A stretch of DNA of 64,000 nt. Origin: Octopus bimaculoides (Eukaryota). Below the pieces are notes generated by a model. The model did not search any database. It was not told where the DNA came from and saw nothing but the letters and a program-made list of their open reading frames with translations. Position 1 is the stretch's first letter. The number at the start of each line of letters is the position of its first letter. The translations under genes and the position numbers were made by a program. The DNA lies in NCBI RefSeq assembly GCF_001194135.2, contig NC_069002.1, forward strand, positions 13,063,708 through 13,127,707, given 5' to 3'. Positions 36,384-49,850 of the stretch are shown here, piece by piece.

Positions 36384-38036
36384 ATCTCACTTGTCGTAGG
36401 GAGGGAGTCTGTCTCCCTTGTCAGCTTTTAGAAAAGTGCTCTCACGTGGCTAAGAGTTGTTTTGACTCTTATTTCTAGCAATGCTAGTTCTTATTAGCAC
36501 CCCCTGTCACTTTAGTGACCACTGTACTCATTGGCTGTGTGTATATATATATATATATATTATTTATGCACCCTTTTAAAGCCTAGCCAGGCTCATGAGC
36601 CCGGTTTCCCGGTTTCTATGGCATATGTGTTCCCCCCAGCTGGACAGGATTCCAGTCCATCACAGCGTTACTCAAGAAACAGGAAGAAAGAGTGAGAGAA
36701 AGTTGGGGCGAAAGAGTACAACAGGGGTCGCCACCCACCCCCTGCCGGAGCCTCANNNNNNNNNNNNNNNNNNNNNNNNNNNNNNNNNNNNNNNNNNNNN
36801 NNNNNNNNNNNNNNNNNNNNNNNNNNNNNNNNNNNNNNNNNNNNNNNNNNNNNNNNNNNNNNNNNNNNNNNNNNNNNNNNNNNNNNNNNNNNNNNNNNNN
36901 NNNNNNNNNNNNNNNNNNNNNNNNNNNNNNNNNNNNNNNNNNNNNNNNNNNNNNNNNNNNNNNNNNNNNNNNNNNNNNNNNNNNNNNNNNNNNNNNNNNN
37001 NNNNNNNNNNNNNNNNNNNNNNNNNNNNNNNNNNNNNNNNNNNNNNNNNNNNNNNNNNNNNNNNNNNNNNNNNNNNNNNNNNNNNNNNNNNNNNNNNNNN
37101 NNNNNNNNNNNNNNNNNNNNNNNNNNNNNNNNNNNNNNNNNTATATATATATATATGAAGAATAATAATAAATGGAGCAAAACGCGTATAATCAATAAGT
37201 TCCTTTAATTCCTACATATGTTTCAAAATTTATGTGCACTCTATGTGCTGGCCAAAAAGACACTCAGGTTTCAGTTGCACAAAATTTCTTGATTGTATTA
37301 AGAACAATGAAAACTTAAAAACTTTGCATAGACCTCTCAGCCGGTTTTGCCATGCCTTTGGCAAAATTTGATGCAGATTCTCTGCTCAACTTTCTCTCTC
37401 ACGGTCAATGTGATGATCACATGCTACACACCTTCCTTCCAAGCACTGCTGTAAACGGTGGAAGTGAGCTAGAATGTTAAAACTTAGTGCACATGCACAG
37501 CAGAGTTCAAGGTCAATCTGTGCCAAGCAGCTTCACTCTCTGTGCTTTAGCTTTGTTACTATAGCAACAGTCCAGATACTTATTAATCAGACCATGTATA
37601 GATACTTATTAATCAGACCATGTATGTACTTGGTAGAAATTTTTGATAAGAATATTCCACAAGTATTCCTTGTGTTGGTGTCTCTATTTATATTCAGTAA
37701 CTAGGAAATTCTCTATATTTATTCGCCTAGACCGCCAGTGATCCACACCAAAGTTATGGTGGTTCACAGCAAGTCGTATATCCTACCATATTGTGTAGCT
37801 TAATGCAGTTAAAAGTTAATTTATATTTGGTATTCTTTGAAGTTCTCTTCAATAATTTTGTGGAACATCTGGAAAATATTGTGCATCACTCTCGTAAAAG
37901 ACAATCTGAATAGCATTAAAAAAATAACTTTTTCATTTGATTCTTTATCTTTGTGTGTGTGTGTGTGTCCATCTATCCGTCCGTCTGTCCTCAGTGTTTC
38001 TTTCCTAAATAACTATGTATTTCAATATGTCCTTAG

Positions 38037-38170
38037 GAGAAAACTATGCCTGAGTTGTATGAACTGGTTATGAATTACAAACCTGATGTAATTTGGTCAG
38101 ATGGTGATTGGGAAGCAACAGATAAATACTGGAATTCGACAGAGTTTATTGCATGGCTCTATAATGACAG
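38037..38170 (+). CDS. FUCA: alpha-L-fucosidase exon 4 (catalytic nucleophile, WSDG)
   Basis: TAG/GTTTTT; [44 protein letters not shown](S). Confidence 0.97.
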
Positions 38171-38207
38171 GTTTTTATCATCACCATTATTATTATTATT
38201 ATCATCA

Positions 38208-38268
<61 letters not shown>

Positions 38269-38294
38269 CATTATTATTATTATCATCATCATCA

Positions 38295-38340
<46 letters not shown>

Positions 38341-39625
38341 TGTACACACAACAGATTAGACTTTTGGAAAAGAAGAATTCCTAACATCAGGCTCCAACAA
38401 GTAATCTTAGATGTCAAGATTTCGCCACACCTCTCTCCTTCTCTCTCTTTCCCTCTGACTGTTTAACCACATATCTCCTCTTCAGCAACACATCTGTTTC
38501 TGGCCTCAGTCTTGATCACTCTCTCTCTCTCTTTCTCTTTCTGAGTGGGTAATCATGTCTCTCCTCTATAGTAAGACACCTGTTTCTGTCTCTCTGTCAC
38601 GCTCTAACCTTTCGTCATCTGGCACAAGATCACCTCTTCCAATAACCCCTCCCCTCTCAAAGGATCTTCATCTTGCAAGTCACTTGGTGACCCTATCAGT
38701 GCTGGTGTCACATACAAAGCACCCAAGCCACACTGTAAAGTGGTTGATGTTTGGGAGGTCATCCAGTTGTAAGAACCATGCCAAAACTGACCTTGCTTGT
38801 GCTGATGCCATGTAAAAAGCACTCAATCCACTTTGTGGGGTGGCTGGTGTTAGGAAGGGTATTCAGCCATAAAAACCCTGCCAAAACAGACACTTAAGCC
38901 TGGTGCAGTCTTCTGCCTAGCCAGCTCCTGTCAAACCATCCAACCCATGCTAGCATGGAAGACAGACGTTAAACGATGATGATGATGATGATCATCATCA
39001 TCGTTTAATGTCTGCTTTCCATGCTAGCATGGGTTGGACGATTTGACTGAGGACTGGCGAACCAGATGGCTGCACCAGGCTCCAATCTGCTCTGGCAGAG
39101 TTTCTACAGCTGGATACCCTTCCTAGTGCCAACCACTCCGAGAGTGTAGTGGATGCTTTTACGTGCCACCGGCATGAGGGCCAGTCAGGCTGTACTGGCA
39201 ACGGCCACGCTCAAGATGGTGTATTTTATGTGCCACCCACACAGGANNNNNNNNNNTGATGATCATCATCATCGTTTAATGTCTGCTTTCCATGCTAGCA
39301 TGGGTTGGACGATTTGACTGAGGACTGGCGAACCAGATGGCTGCACCAGGCTCCAATCTGCTCTGGCAGAGTTTCTACAGCTGGATACCCTTCCTAGTGC
39401 CAACCACTCCGAGAGTGTAGTGGATGCTTTTACGTGCCACCGGCATGAGGGCCAGTCAGGCTGTACTGGCAACGGCCACGCTCAAGATGGTGTATTTTAT
39501 GTGCCACCCACACAGGAGCCAGTCCAGCGGCACTGGCAACTACCTCACTTGAATGTTTTTTCACGTGCCACCAGCACAAGTGCCAGTAAGGCGACGCTGG
39601 TAACGATCATGCTCAAATGGTAGTG

Positions 39626-39724
<99 letters not shown>

Positions 39725-40914
39725 TAAGGTAGCAGGCTTGCAGAACTGGTAGCATGCCAGGCATTTCATCTGTCCTTATGTTTTGTGTTTAGATTCTACT
39801 GAGGTCAACTTTGCCTTTCATCTTTTGGGATTGAATACTGGAATCAATTTAATCAACTTACACACTTACCTGAAATTGATGGTCTTTGAGAGTTTATAAA
39901 TGATAGGAAAGCTTGGAGAGTATTTGTGGAAGGACGAGTGAATTTTGATGTTGCTCAAAGGGGTATGAAACCAGCATGATGTGGTGGCAGTAAACCAGCA
40001 TATGTTATCGGGTCCCACTGCTGATATTGGGGGTTGCATTCTGCGCCTTGGCTAGAGCATAGAACAGGACTGGCCCCTTTGAGCTGGGAAATGAATGGAA
40101 TACCTGATATGTCTTGTTTTGGTTACCCCTCCTAAAAACAAAAAAGTGAGGAATAGGCCTGGGTATGTATATATACTCTTTTATTCTTTTACTTGTTTCA
40201 GTCATTTGACTGCGGCCATGCTGGAGCACCGCCTGAAGTCAAGCAAATCTTTTTAAGCCTAGTACTTATTCTATCGGTCTTTTTTGCCGAAGTTATGGGG
40301 ACGTTAACATACCAGCATCGGTTGTCAATCAATGTTGGGGGGACAAACACAGACACACAAACATACACATACACACACACACACACATATATATATGTAA
40401 ATACATATACGACGGGCTTCTTCCAGTTTCCGTCTACCAAATCCACTCACAAGGCTTTGGTCAGCCCGAAGCTATAGTAGAAGACACTTGCCCAAGGTGC
40501 CACACAGTGGGACTAAACCCAAGAGCATATGGTTGGTAAGTAAGCTACTTACTATACAGCCACTATATANNNNNNNNNNNNNNNNNNNNNNNNNNNNNNN
40601 NNNNNNNNNNNNNNNNNNNNNNNNNNNNNNNNNNNNNNNNNNNNNNNNNNNNNNNNNNNNNNNNNNNNNNNNNNNNNNNNNNNNNNNNNNNNNNNNNNNN
40701 NNNNNNNNNNNNNNNNNNNNNNNNNNNNNNNNNNNNNNNNNNNNNNNNNNNNNNNNNNNNNNNNNNNNNNNNNNNNNNNNNNNNNNNNNNNNNNNNNNNN
40801 NNNNNNNNNNNNNNNNNNNNNNNNNNNNNNNNNNNNNNNNNNNNNNNNNNNNNNNNNNNNNNNNNNNNNNNNNNNNNNNNNNNNNGAAAATTGGTTATTT
40901 TCCCTAAAACTATA

Positions 40915-40958
<44 letters not shown>

Positions 40959-41666
40959 ATTATTACTATTATTATTATTATTAAAAAATGTATGCAAAGG
41001 TAAAAAGACCATAGTTGTATGGGCCAACTTGGCGATTAATTATATGAAGTTGTTGAATTGTAGCAGTTAATGTTTGTTTGTTTGTGGTGAGTAGAGTGTT
41101 ATCTGTACGATTAGCTCTTGTGATGAGAGTAAATTTAAACATAGACATCTGGATCTGAAAAAAAAAATGGGTTGATTAAGTAAACTAATTGTTTTTGGTG
41201 TGATAGATAAACAATATACAGTGTGGACAATATGTGGAAAATTCTATGTTTCATAGGAATTTCAGGAAAATTTTCTCTTATTTCCATGGCAGCATTGGTA
41301 TAACATTTTTGTCCTGAAAGTGAAAATGACTTCTGCACATATTTCAAATTAAACATTTTTAACCAAATTCTTACCTCAATCATTGACTCTGAAATTCCTT
41401 TTTAATTCTCTCCTCTTTATTGTATCTTCCTTTACTCTCTAGCTCACCCCTGTTTCTCTCGAGTCACCCCACCCTCTCTAATTCACTCTCATGTTTCTTT
41501 CTTTCTTAATTTCAACACCACCCCTGCTTCCATCTTAATTCAACCATTTCACTCCCCCTCTGTCTGTCTGTCTTTCAGGTACATCTTTTACATTGTGATC
41601 GTTCAATACCTAAAATATCTTTAATGATCTTAAATTTTCCTCCATTTCTCTGTCTTTCTCTTCCAG

Positions 41667-41764
41667 TCCAGTGAAAGACACTGTTGTGGTTAATGACCGA
41701 TGGGGAGCTGGAATTTCTTGTCACCATGGAGACTTTTACACTTGCAAAGATAGATATAACCCTG
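41667..41764 (+). CDS. FUCA: alpha-L-fucosidase exon 5
   Basis: CAG/GTGAGT; [32 protein letters not shown]. Confidence 0.97.
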
Positions 41765-42603
41765 GTGAGTACAAAATGATAGTACCAGTTAAGCAACATC
41801 ACAGGTTCCTAAGGTAGATATATAACAGCATTTTGTGTGACATTTAGGCAGGTGAGACCAATTTTTTTCTATATATGATAACAGCCTGTTGGAAATTACT
41901 ACAGCTGTAGTAATTGTGACACAACTTCAGATGTTATTAACTAACAACTGATGTGTGTAATCCTGTTAAACCAGTCTCAACTCTGCTTGATTTGAATCAA
42001 GTAGATTTGAGGCCATGTATAACAGGATCACTGCATATCTGTTATCTGTTCAAAGTTGATGAAATAAACTGTTACATGCATTCAGTTTGAATTGATCTAT
42101 TTGACATGAACTTGCTTTCAGCACCAAAATTGAAGAAATAAACTAACATGAACTCTAATTAAGTCAACCTTTATTGTTGACGATAATAAGCTGACAAAAT
42201 TTGATCTTCAAAGTTGAAGAGGTAAACTGTGACATGAGCTTGGCTTAACTTAATCTTCTTCAAAATTGAAGAGAAAATACATTATTCTGTCTGTTAACTT
42301 CATCTTTTCTACTTAAAGCTTAAAATAAGATTTCTGAGTTAAATAAAAGTTTAAATAATTTTATTATCCTCCATTTATTATTTCATGCCATATATATAAA
42401 TGCTGACACCACACCTACATATACCCTACTAACACTACCCTACCAGTGGTGAGCCAATGGAAGATGCCTCAGCCCAGTTCCTTGACCAAGTCTACTTTAA
42501 ACCCCAATGTATCATCACAAAAAAGAGAAGATACATTAATTTACATAGATCTGGAGATAATCATTAGTAAACCTTCTTCTTCTTCTAAATGTCATTCATC
42601 CAG

Positions 42604-42736
42604 GTAAACTGATAACTCACAAATGGGAGAATGCCATGACTATTGATAAAGATGCCTGGGTTTTCCGACGCAATGCTCACTATGCCGACTTTTATACCAT
42701 CGAAGGGCTGATATCTCTGCTGGTTGAGACTGTCAG
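42604..42736 (+). CDS. FUCA: alpha-L-fucosidase exon 6
   Basis: CAG/GTTGGT; KLITHKWENAMTIDKDAWVFRRNAHYADFYTIEGLISLLVETV(S). Confidence 0.96.
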
Positions 42737-43371
42737 GTTGGTACTCATTTTGTTTGGTATCTTGTATTTTCATTTTTGTTATTTTTGTGGATTAAAAGAA
42801 TTGTTGGGGAATCAATCAGAATGCCTTACATTATTTAGTTATGGACCCTAATACAATTTATTTTACATCCTTTTCAGGAATTAATGGAATTAAAGTACCA
42901 GTTAAGTACTGGGGCTGATTTAATCAGCTATTCCTACCATCGTTATTAAAAGCCATGTGTTTATGTTAGAAAACAAAATTGTTGTTTGAAGTTCTATGTT
43001 CTTGTTTGAAGAGATCAAGGATAGGGGTAGATGTATTGATAGGGTAGGGTAGGTCAAATAGTTGTGGACATGAATGCTTTTATATTAAATGAGGCCATGG
43101 CTAGGTTGCTTAATTGGGGAGATTGGTCAAGCAGTTGTAGAAGTTATGTGTTTTTATGTCCAGTCACTGTGATCTTGTATTATGTTGGTGACTATGAGAC
43201 TTTGCTTTTTGATAAACAGCTGAGTCCATCTTGTATGATTCAAGAATGTCAACGTAGACTGTTCGGTCATGTTGCCTGATTTTTCAAGCTGGATCCATGT
43301 TCTCTTCTCCAACGATTTGGCTGGGGTGGTGGCTTGTGGTGATTAGCCATAATAATAATAATAATAATAAT

Positions 43372-43548
43372 AGAGCCCTGGGAACAGTGGGCAAAAATCT
43401 CGAGAAGTACATAGAACAAATAGGGGCTGCAATAAGGGTGGAGCACTTGCAGAAAACCGCTCGAAAAATAAGAGGTGTTACCTTAGTTCGCTGGTAGTGA
43501 ACAGCTGACACTGTAGTACATCTCCAGTGTTAGAAGCTGTGCAAAGGC
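43372..43548 (+). mobile_element. 5'-truncated R4/Dong-like (RLE) non-LTR retrotransposon inside a (TAA)n repeat
   Basis: RALGTVGKNLEKYIEQIGAAIRVEHLQKTAR resembles the GALG...IQK C-terminus of R4-clade elements; (AAT)n on both sides. Confidence 0.6.
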
Positions 43549-43642
43549 AATAATAATAATAATAATGATAATGATAATTACTGTGACTTTGCTTGCTAAT
43601 GCTGTTGTTGTCGATTGATTGTATCAACTAATTGATTCTTAG

Positions 43643-43813
43643 CTGTGGAGGAAATCTTCTAATGAACGTTGGACCCACCCACGATGGACGTATTGCTCCA
43701 ATTTTTGAAGAACGATTGATCCAAGTTGGTCAATGGCTCAAAGTCAATGGAGAGGCCATCTATGCCAGCAAACCTTGGACCCACCAGAACGACACATATA
43801 CAAAGAAAGTTTG
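43643..43813 (+). CDS. FUCA: alpha-L-fucosidase exon 7
   Basis: TAG/GTAAGA; [56 protein letters not shown](W). Confidence 0.97.
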
Positions 43814-45086
43814 GTAAGAATACTTCCTTTCATTATATTCATTTGTCTGAAGTTGTTGTTTTTGTTGTTTAGCCCAGGTCAGCCATCATTTAGCTGACAT
43901 AGTGTACCTTGCAAAACATGTAGCAATGTGCCATTCATACTTTATAAGACAGTAGAATAATTCAACGGTGTGGAGGGCATATACATATATGTTGTTGGCA
44001 GTCCGTCGCTTACGACATCGAGGGTTCCAGTTGATCCGATCAATGGAACAGCCTGCTCGTGAAATTAACGTGCAAGTGGCTGAGCACTCCACAGACACGT
44101 GTACCCTTAACGTAGTTCTCGGAGATATTCAGCGTGACACAGTGTGACAAGGCTGACCCTTTGAATTACAGGCACAACAGAAACAAGAAGTAAGAGTGAG
44201 AGAAAGTTGTGGTGGAAGAGTACAGCAGGGTTCGCTACCATCCCCTGCCGGAGCCTCGTGGAGCTTTATGTGTTTCTGCTCAATAAGCACTCACAACGCC
44301 CGGTCTGGGAATCGAAACCGCTATCCTATGATTGCGAGTCCGCTGCCCTAACCACTGGGCCATTGCGCNNNNNNNNNNNNNNNNNNNNNNNNNNNNNNNN
44401 NNNNNNNNNNNNNNNNNNNNNNNNNNNNNNNNNNNNNNNNNNNNNNNNNNNNNNNNNNNNNNNNNNNNNNNNNNNNNNNNNNNNNNNNNNNNNNNNNNNN
44501 NNNNNNNNNNNNNNNNNNNNNNNNNNNNNNNNNNNNNNNNNNNNNNNNNNNNNNNNNNNNNNNNNNNNNNNNNNNNNNNNNNNNNNNNNNNNNNNNNNNN
44601 NNNNNNNNNNNNNNNNNNNNNNNNNNNNNNNNNNNNNNNNNNNNNNNNNNNNNNNNNNNNNNNNNNNNNNNNNNNNNNNNNNNNNNNNNNNNNNNNNNNN
44701 NNNNNNNNNNNNNNNNNNNNNNNNNNNNNNNNNNNNNNNNNNNNNNNNNNNNNNNNNNAAGCACCCACTACACTCTCTGAGTGGTTGGCGTTAGGAAGGG
44801 CATCCAGCTGTAGAAACTCTGCCAAATCAGATTGGAGCCTGGTGTAGCCATCTGGTTTCACCAGTCCTCAGTCAAATCGTCCAACCCATGCTAGCAAGGA
44901 AAGCGGACGTTAAACGATGATGATGATACGACGGGCTTCTTTCAGTTTCCGACTACCAAATCCACTCACAAGGCTTTGGTCGGCCCGAGGCTATAGTAGA
45001 AGACACTTGCCCAAGGTGCCAAGCAGTGGGACTGAACCCGGAACCATGTAGTTGGTAAGCAAGTTACTTACTACACAGCCACTCTA

Positions 45087-45117
<31 letters not shown>

Positions 45118-45182
45118 ATGAATACATGATCACTCTATGCCATTATCTGTTTTTCTTGTTTTGCTATTTCTCTCTCCTCCAG

Positions 45183-45438
45183 GTATACCAGTAAAATGGA
45201 AAACAACACAAAAGTTGTGTATGCTACTATGTTGTTTTGGCCAACTACTAATATTATCATCCTTGGAGCTGTAAAAATAACGTCAAGAACAGATGTCTAC
45301 ATGCTTGGTTATCCAAAACCAATTGGATACATTTACTTTCCTTCAATTGGGCTTAAAATTATCCTCCCAAACATCCCTGCATCACGCTTACCCTGTGACT
45401 GGGCGTGGGTGTTTAAAATTACAAACCTTGATGAATAA
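45183..45438 (+). CDS. FUCA: alpha-L-fucosidase exon 8 (terminal, C-terminal beta domain)
   Basis: CAG acceptor; YTSKMENNTKVVYATMLFWP...PCDWAWVFKITNLDE*; AATAAA (45434-45439) overlaps the stop codon. Confidence 0.96.
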
Positions 45439-45769
45439 ACTTGCTCTCTCTTTCTATCTCTCTTTTGCATCTATCTGTTTCTCTTTTCTCTCTCTCTCTT
45501 TATCTATCTATCTATCTGTCTGTCTGTCTACGCATTTATACAAAGACAAATGGATATTTGTATGTATATATAACACACACACACACACATATATATATGT
45601 ATGTATGTATGTATATGTATTAATTGACATGTACAGTATTATATATCCATTACAGACAATCTAACTAATTTGTTTCACATTGGGGTTCGATGGGGTGTTA
45701 GATAACAGCTCAATTATTTAACCCTACACTCTTCAGAGATGGCAGTTATAGAAGAAAATATGGTGACTG

Positions 45770-46380
45770 CTCTCTGTTGTTTGAGGTGAGAAGCATTAAA
45801 ACTCACATGGGTAAGAATTTCCTTAGCTTAGCAGACAAACACTTCCCTGATACAAATAGGTTCAGTGAAATATTAAATAGGCACACCCTGAGGGCTTCTT
45901 TTGGTTGTGCACCTAATGTAAAAAAGATATTAGTTGGTAGGCCCACACCTGAGACAGAGACAGGATGCTCATGTAGGAGTACCACATGTCCACTGTAATA
46001 TAGAAACCATTATGGCAGAGGTAACAGCAATTGGACTAAATGGGGAGCCAAATGTGCTAAAGTATGTGGGTGTAACTGAAGAGCCTTTCAGAACCTGATA
46101 CAACAACCACAAGTCCTATTTCAACATCCTGGAGAGACAAAGCATCACAACCCTGGGCAAGTACATGTGCAAGTTGAAGGAGAGTGCCATAGAATACAAC
46201 ATAAAGTGGAGAGTTTACTTCAATAGGAGCAGGAAGTGCAGATTATGTCTAACTGAGAAAAGAGCTGTATTAAAGAACTCTCAGCACTCAGGCATCTATT
46301 TGAATAGCAGATATGAAATTTTTAATCCATGCCCACATGAAAGGAAGTACATTCTAGCATACCTACATGCCCCATTGTGA
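45770..46380 (+). mobile_element. Penelope-like element fossil (RT thumb and GIY-YIG endonuclease)
   Basis: GKNFLSLADKHFP...ILNRHTLRASFGCAPNVKKI...CSCRSTTCPL, then KYVGVTEEPFRT*YNNHKS...IKWRV...CRLCLTEK...LNSRYEIFNPCPHERKY; typical PLE C-terminus. Confidence 0.85.
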
Positions 46381-49300
46381 CTATAGTCACCAATTCCCCA
46401 AATTCATCTGGGAATCCACCAATGGGTTTGACCCAAACATACACGAAAGCACCCTAACATGGTGGTCATCCACCTTATTGATCCCTTTTTCCACCCAATA
46501 TAAGTCTCCACATATATAGTACTGCTGCACACACTCCATATCTACACAAATACTCCAAAGAATTTAATGAAAACATAAGCAAAACACACAGATGCTTATG
46601 CAGCCTTTGGGTACCCCAATAGTCTGATAGTCAAGGCATTTTAACTAACAGGTTTAAACTATAAAAAGGAGTTTTTAATGTAGTGTGAACATTTTACCCA
46701 AATTTCATTGCATTTACTAATGACATAACCAGACCATTTTAGGGTTTCCAATAATTCAGCGCAACAAAATCTACACGTATATCTAACGCGCACACATTTT
46801 AATAGAGATATATATAGAAATATATATTTCTCTCTTTTCTTTTTTTGCTTTTGCATATATACTTAAAGGCTTTTGCTCATTTTAAGTCACTGAAGTGTGG
46901 TCATGCTGGGGCACCACCTTTAATGATTTTAATCAATCGTACTGAATATTTTTTTTATTTTGATACTTATTTCATTCATCTGTATTTGACAAGTGGTTAT
47001 GTTACTTTTGGACACAATTTTTAATCAACAGAATTGTGTGTGGCAACTTCATGGATCTAAATTCACACATACACATATATAGCAGGTTTCTGTACTGTTT
47101 CCATTTGAATAATTTCACTCACAAGGTATTGGTCACTCTGGATTTGTGGTAGATACACTTGCTCAAGGTACCACACAGTACACATGCACTTCTGAACCCT
47201 GCAGTTATAATTGCTAAAGTATACACATAAGGATGAAAGATCCTCCCCCTGCTATATAGGCTTATATAACTAGTTTCCCAGATTCTGTGGCATATATATT
47301 CCCTTCTGGTGGTCTGGAGCAACAAGAAATGAAGTGTTTTGCTCGAGAACACACAATGCATTGCCCAGTCCTGGAATTGTAACCTTAATCTTACAATCAC
47401 GAGTGCAACACCCTAACCACTAAGCCACGTGTTTCCACACACACATATTTATTATGGTTAATGGAAGCAGTATTTGTTTAAAATAGCAATCTGTATATCA
47501 CACGTAGTTATAACATTGAAAGCCTGCTAAACTGGTGTTTGTCTCAAAAGAGCATCTCTTATAGACGTGTAGTGTTAAAAAGCACAAAAATATATCAGAA
47601 GCAGATGAAAATAGTCCAGCAGCAATGGTGGCATAGCTTAATATGTATTTCTGCTGCTTTGAGCCTTGTATCCACTACCAACCTTCTAATATGGAAAAAT
47701 TGTGACTGAAAAATCACTGATGTCACAATTAGCCGGCCAGCTAAATAAAAATTTGTTCTTAGCAATGGAAGCTTTATTCTTTAAAAATAGCAATCTGTGT
47801 GTCATACTTAAAGCAGATATATGATTTTTGTCTGCATTTTTTTAACACTATGTTTATAAGAGCTACTTTCTTGTGACAGAAACTGCAGTTGGCAGGCTTT
47901 CCACGGTGTATTTGCTTAAAGTATGATATACGGAATGATATATGTGTGTGTGTGTGTGTTTGATGACACATGGTGTAGCGGTTAGAATGTTACACTCACA
48001 ACTGTGAGATTGTGGTTTTGATTCTCAGACCAGCATGCATTGTGTTCTTGAGCAAAACACTTCATTTCACAATACTTCAGTCCACTCAGCTGTAACTGGA
48101 CAACCTTGCAATGGAATGGTGTTCCTCAGGCAGAATGTTGCCCTACCCAGTGGGGTGGAATCATTTAAAAGCTGCATCAATGCAAAGCACATTGTGACTA
48201 GCAGTGTAGAACAAAATCAAAGTCTGGTCAATACCTTGATATATGGATGGACAGCACAGGCACAAGCGTATCTGTATGGTTAAGATGTTTGCTTCCCACC
48301 CAAATAGTTTTATGTTCAATCCTACTGTGGGACACCTTGGGAAAGTGTCTTCTACTATAGCTCCAGGCTGACCAAGGCCTTGAGTAGATTTGGTACATGA
48401 GAACTTACAGAAAGCCTGTCATATATATATATGTTTGTGTGTGTGTCTCCTTGTTTTAACATCTTGTGATTGTTGTGAACGAGTGTCATTCATTTCTGAT
48501 AATTTGTGAAAACATGTCTGGCCATGAGGAAATATTACCTCCCTTGGAAACAGGTGAAGGTTCGTGACAGGAAGAGCGCCTGGCCATAAGAAAATCTGAC
48601 TCAAAAAACACTGTTCAACCCATTTAAGCAAAGAAAAGTGAATGTTAAAATAAAGATGATGTATGTAGATATAATCTGTGTATGTGTGTGTATTGTATAT
48701 ACACAGACACATGAAGATAAGGCATACCTTCTATTATACCATTCTCATCTTGGGTGTGCCTTAAGTTGACTATTCAGCTTCAGTTTGACTACTTAATTAC
48801 CAAATGTTACTCGGACGGGGTCTTACCAGTTCTGTTACTGAGCTAATAGGACCAGTTATGTTTTCTAAGGCTAATTGTTCCTATGACACATTTGGAGGTA
48901 TTAAATTTCATTTATTATAGATTGGCCCAAGTTTTAATAACTTTTATTCAGAATTGACAAGACATGTATGTGCACACATACAAAATTTTTTAAAAAAAGA
49001 ACAAAGAAACATATTTCTATTTTTGGTCAAATTCTATTCTTGAAGGAAAGAAAATTTAATTATTGAAGCTTAACTTTTGCATTAATTTTATAATTTTAAA
49101 TGGAAAAATAAATTTGTATTTTCTAATTCTGAAATCTTAGTGTTTTTATTCACATTATTTTTCTCATTTCTTCTGTTGGTATATTTGTTTAGCCCTAGGT
49201 CAGTCCTGATCAAAAGTATTCCACCCATCAGTTTTTTTAATGTACAACAAACTGCGGACCAAATTATATATACTCTTTAAGATGTAGAATGTAACTTGGA

Positions 49301-49637
49301 GACTTGGTTGTTATTTCTAGCAAGTCACGTAACCACATAGATGGCCCTTTATTGACTCAAGATGTTAGTAGTGGTGGTGTTTAACCCCAGGCTAGTACTG
49401 ATCCAACATACCTATGATCACAGGTTTCTAGTAGTGATCATTCTCCCACTTTTTCTTAAGAGACATAAATGTAGCAAGGAATACAACATCCAGTGTCCTT
49501 CCTTACTGTGATTTGTGGACAATTCAGTTGTTATTTCTAACAGGTCAGGTAACCATGTACAGGCAATGGGAACTATGTATTTCCCTACAAGAAATATCAA
49601 CCAAACCTCCCTCAAATGACTTCTACCTTCATCTTAA

Positions 49638-49850
49638 CCCTTTTATTGCTGAAATCAGATTCACTCAAAATTTCATTACTTTCAACTGCAGAAAGTAGTT
49701 TTATATACCAATCTTTTGTTGAGGAATGTCATGAACAGAATTATTTTACATAAGATATGTCAAGTTTATTGAGACATGAATAACAAAAAATACCAATTCT
49801 ATATTTTAATTACTGAAATAATGATGGAATTTAATTTCACAGTTAAAGGG
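49638..49850. mobile_element. piggyBac-type MITE (second family)
   Basis: TTAA|CCCTTT ... AAAGGG|TTAA with intact TTAA on both sides. Confidence 0.65.

Noticed and set aside
38101-38466. Poly-Y/H, poly-L and poly-N ORFs after FUCA exon 4
   Set aside because: (ATT)n/(ATC)n microsatellite immediately after the real splice donor.
38996-39520. Identical repeat of about 250 bp either side of an 11-N gap (similarly 5764-5835)
   Set aside because: Exact duplication at a small gap indicates contig-overlap artefact, not a biological duplication.
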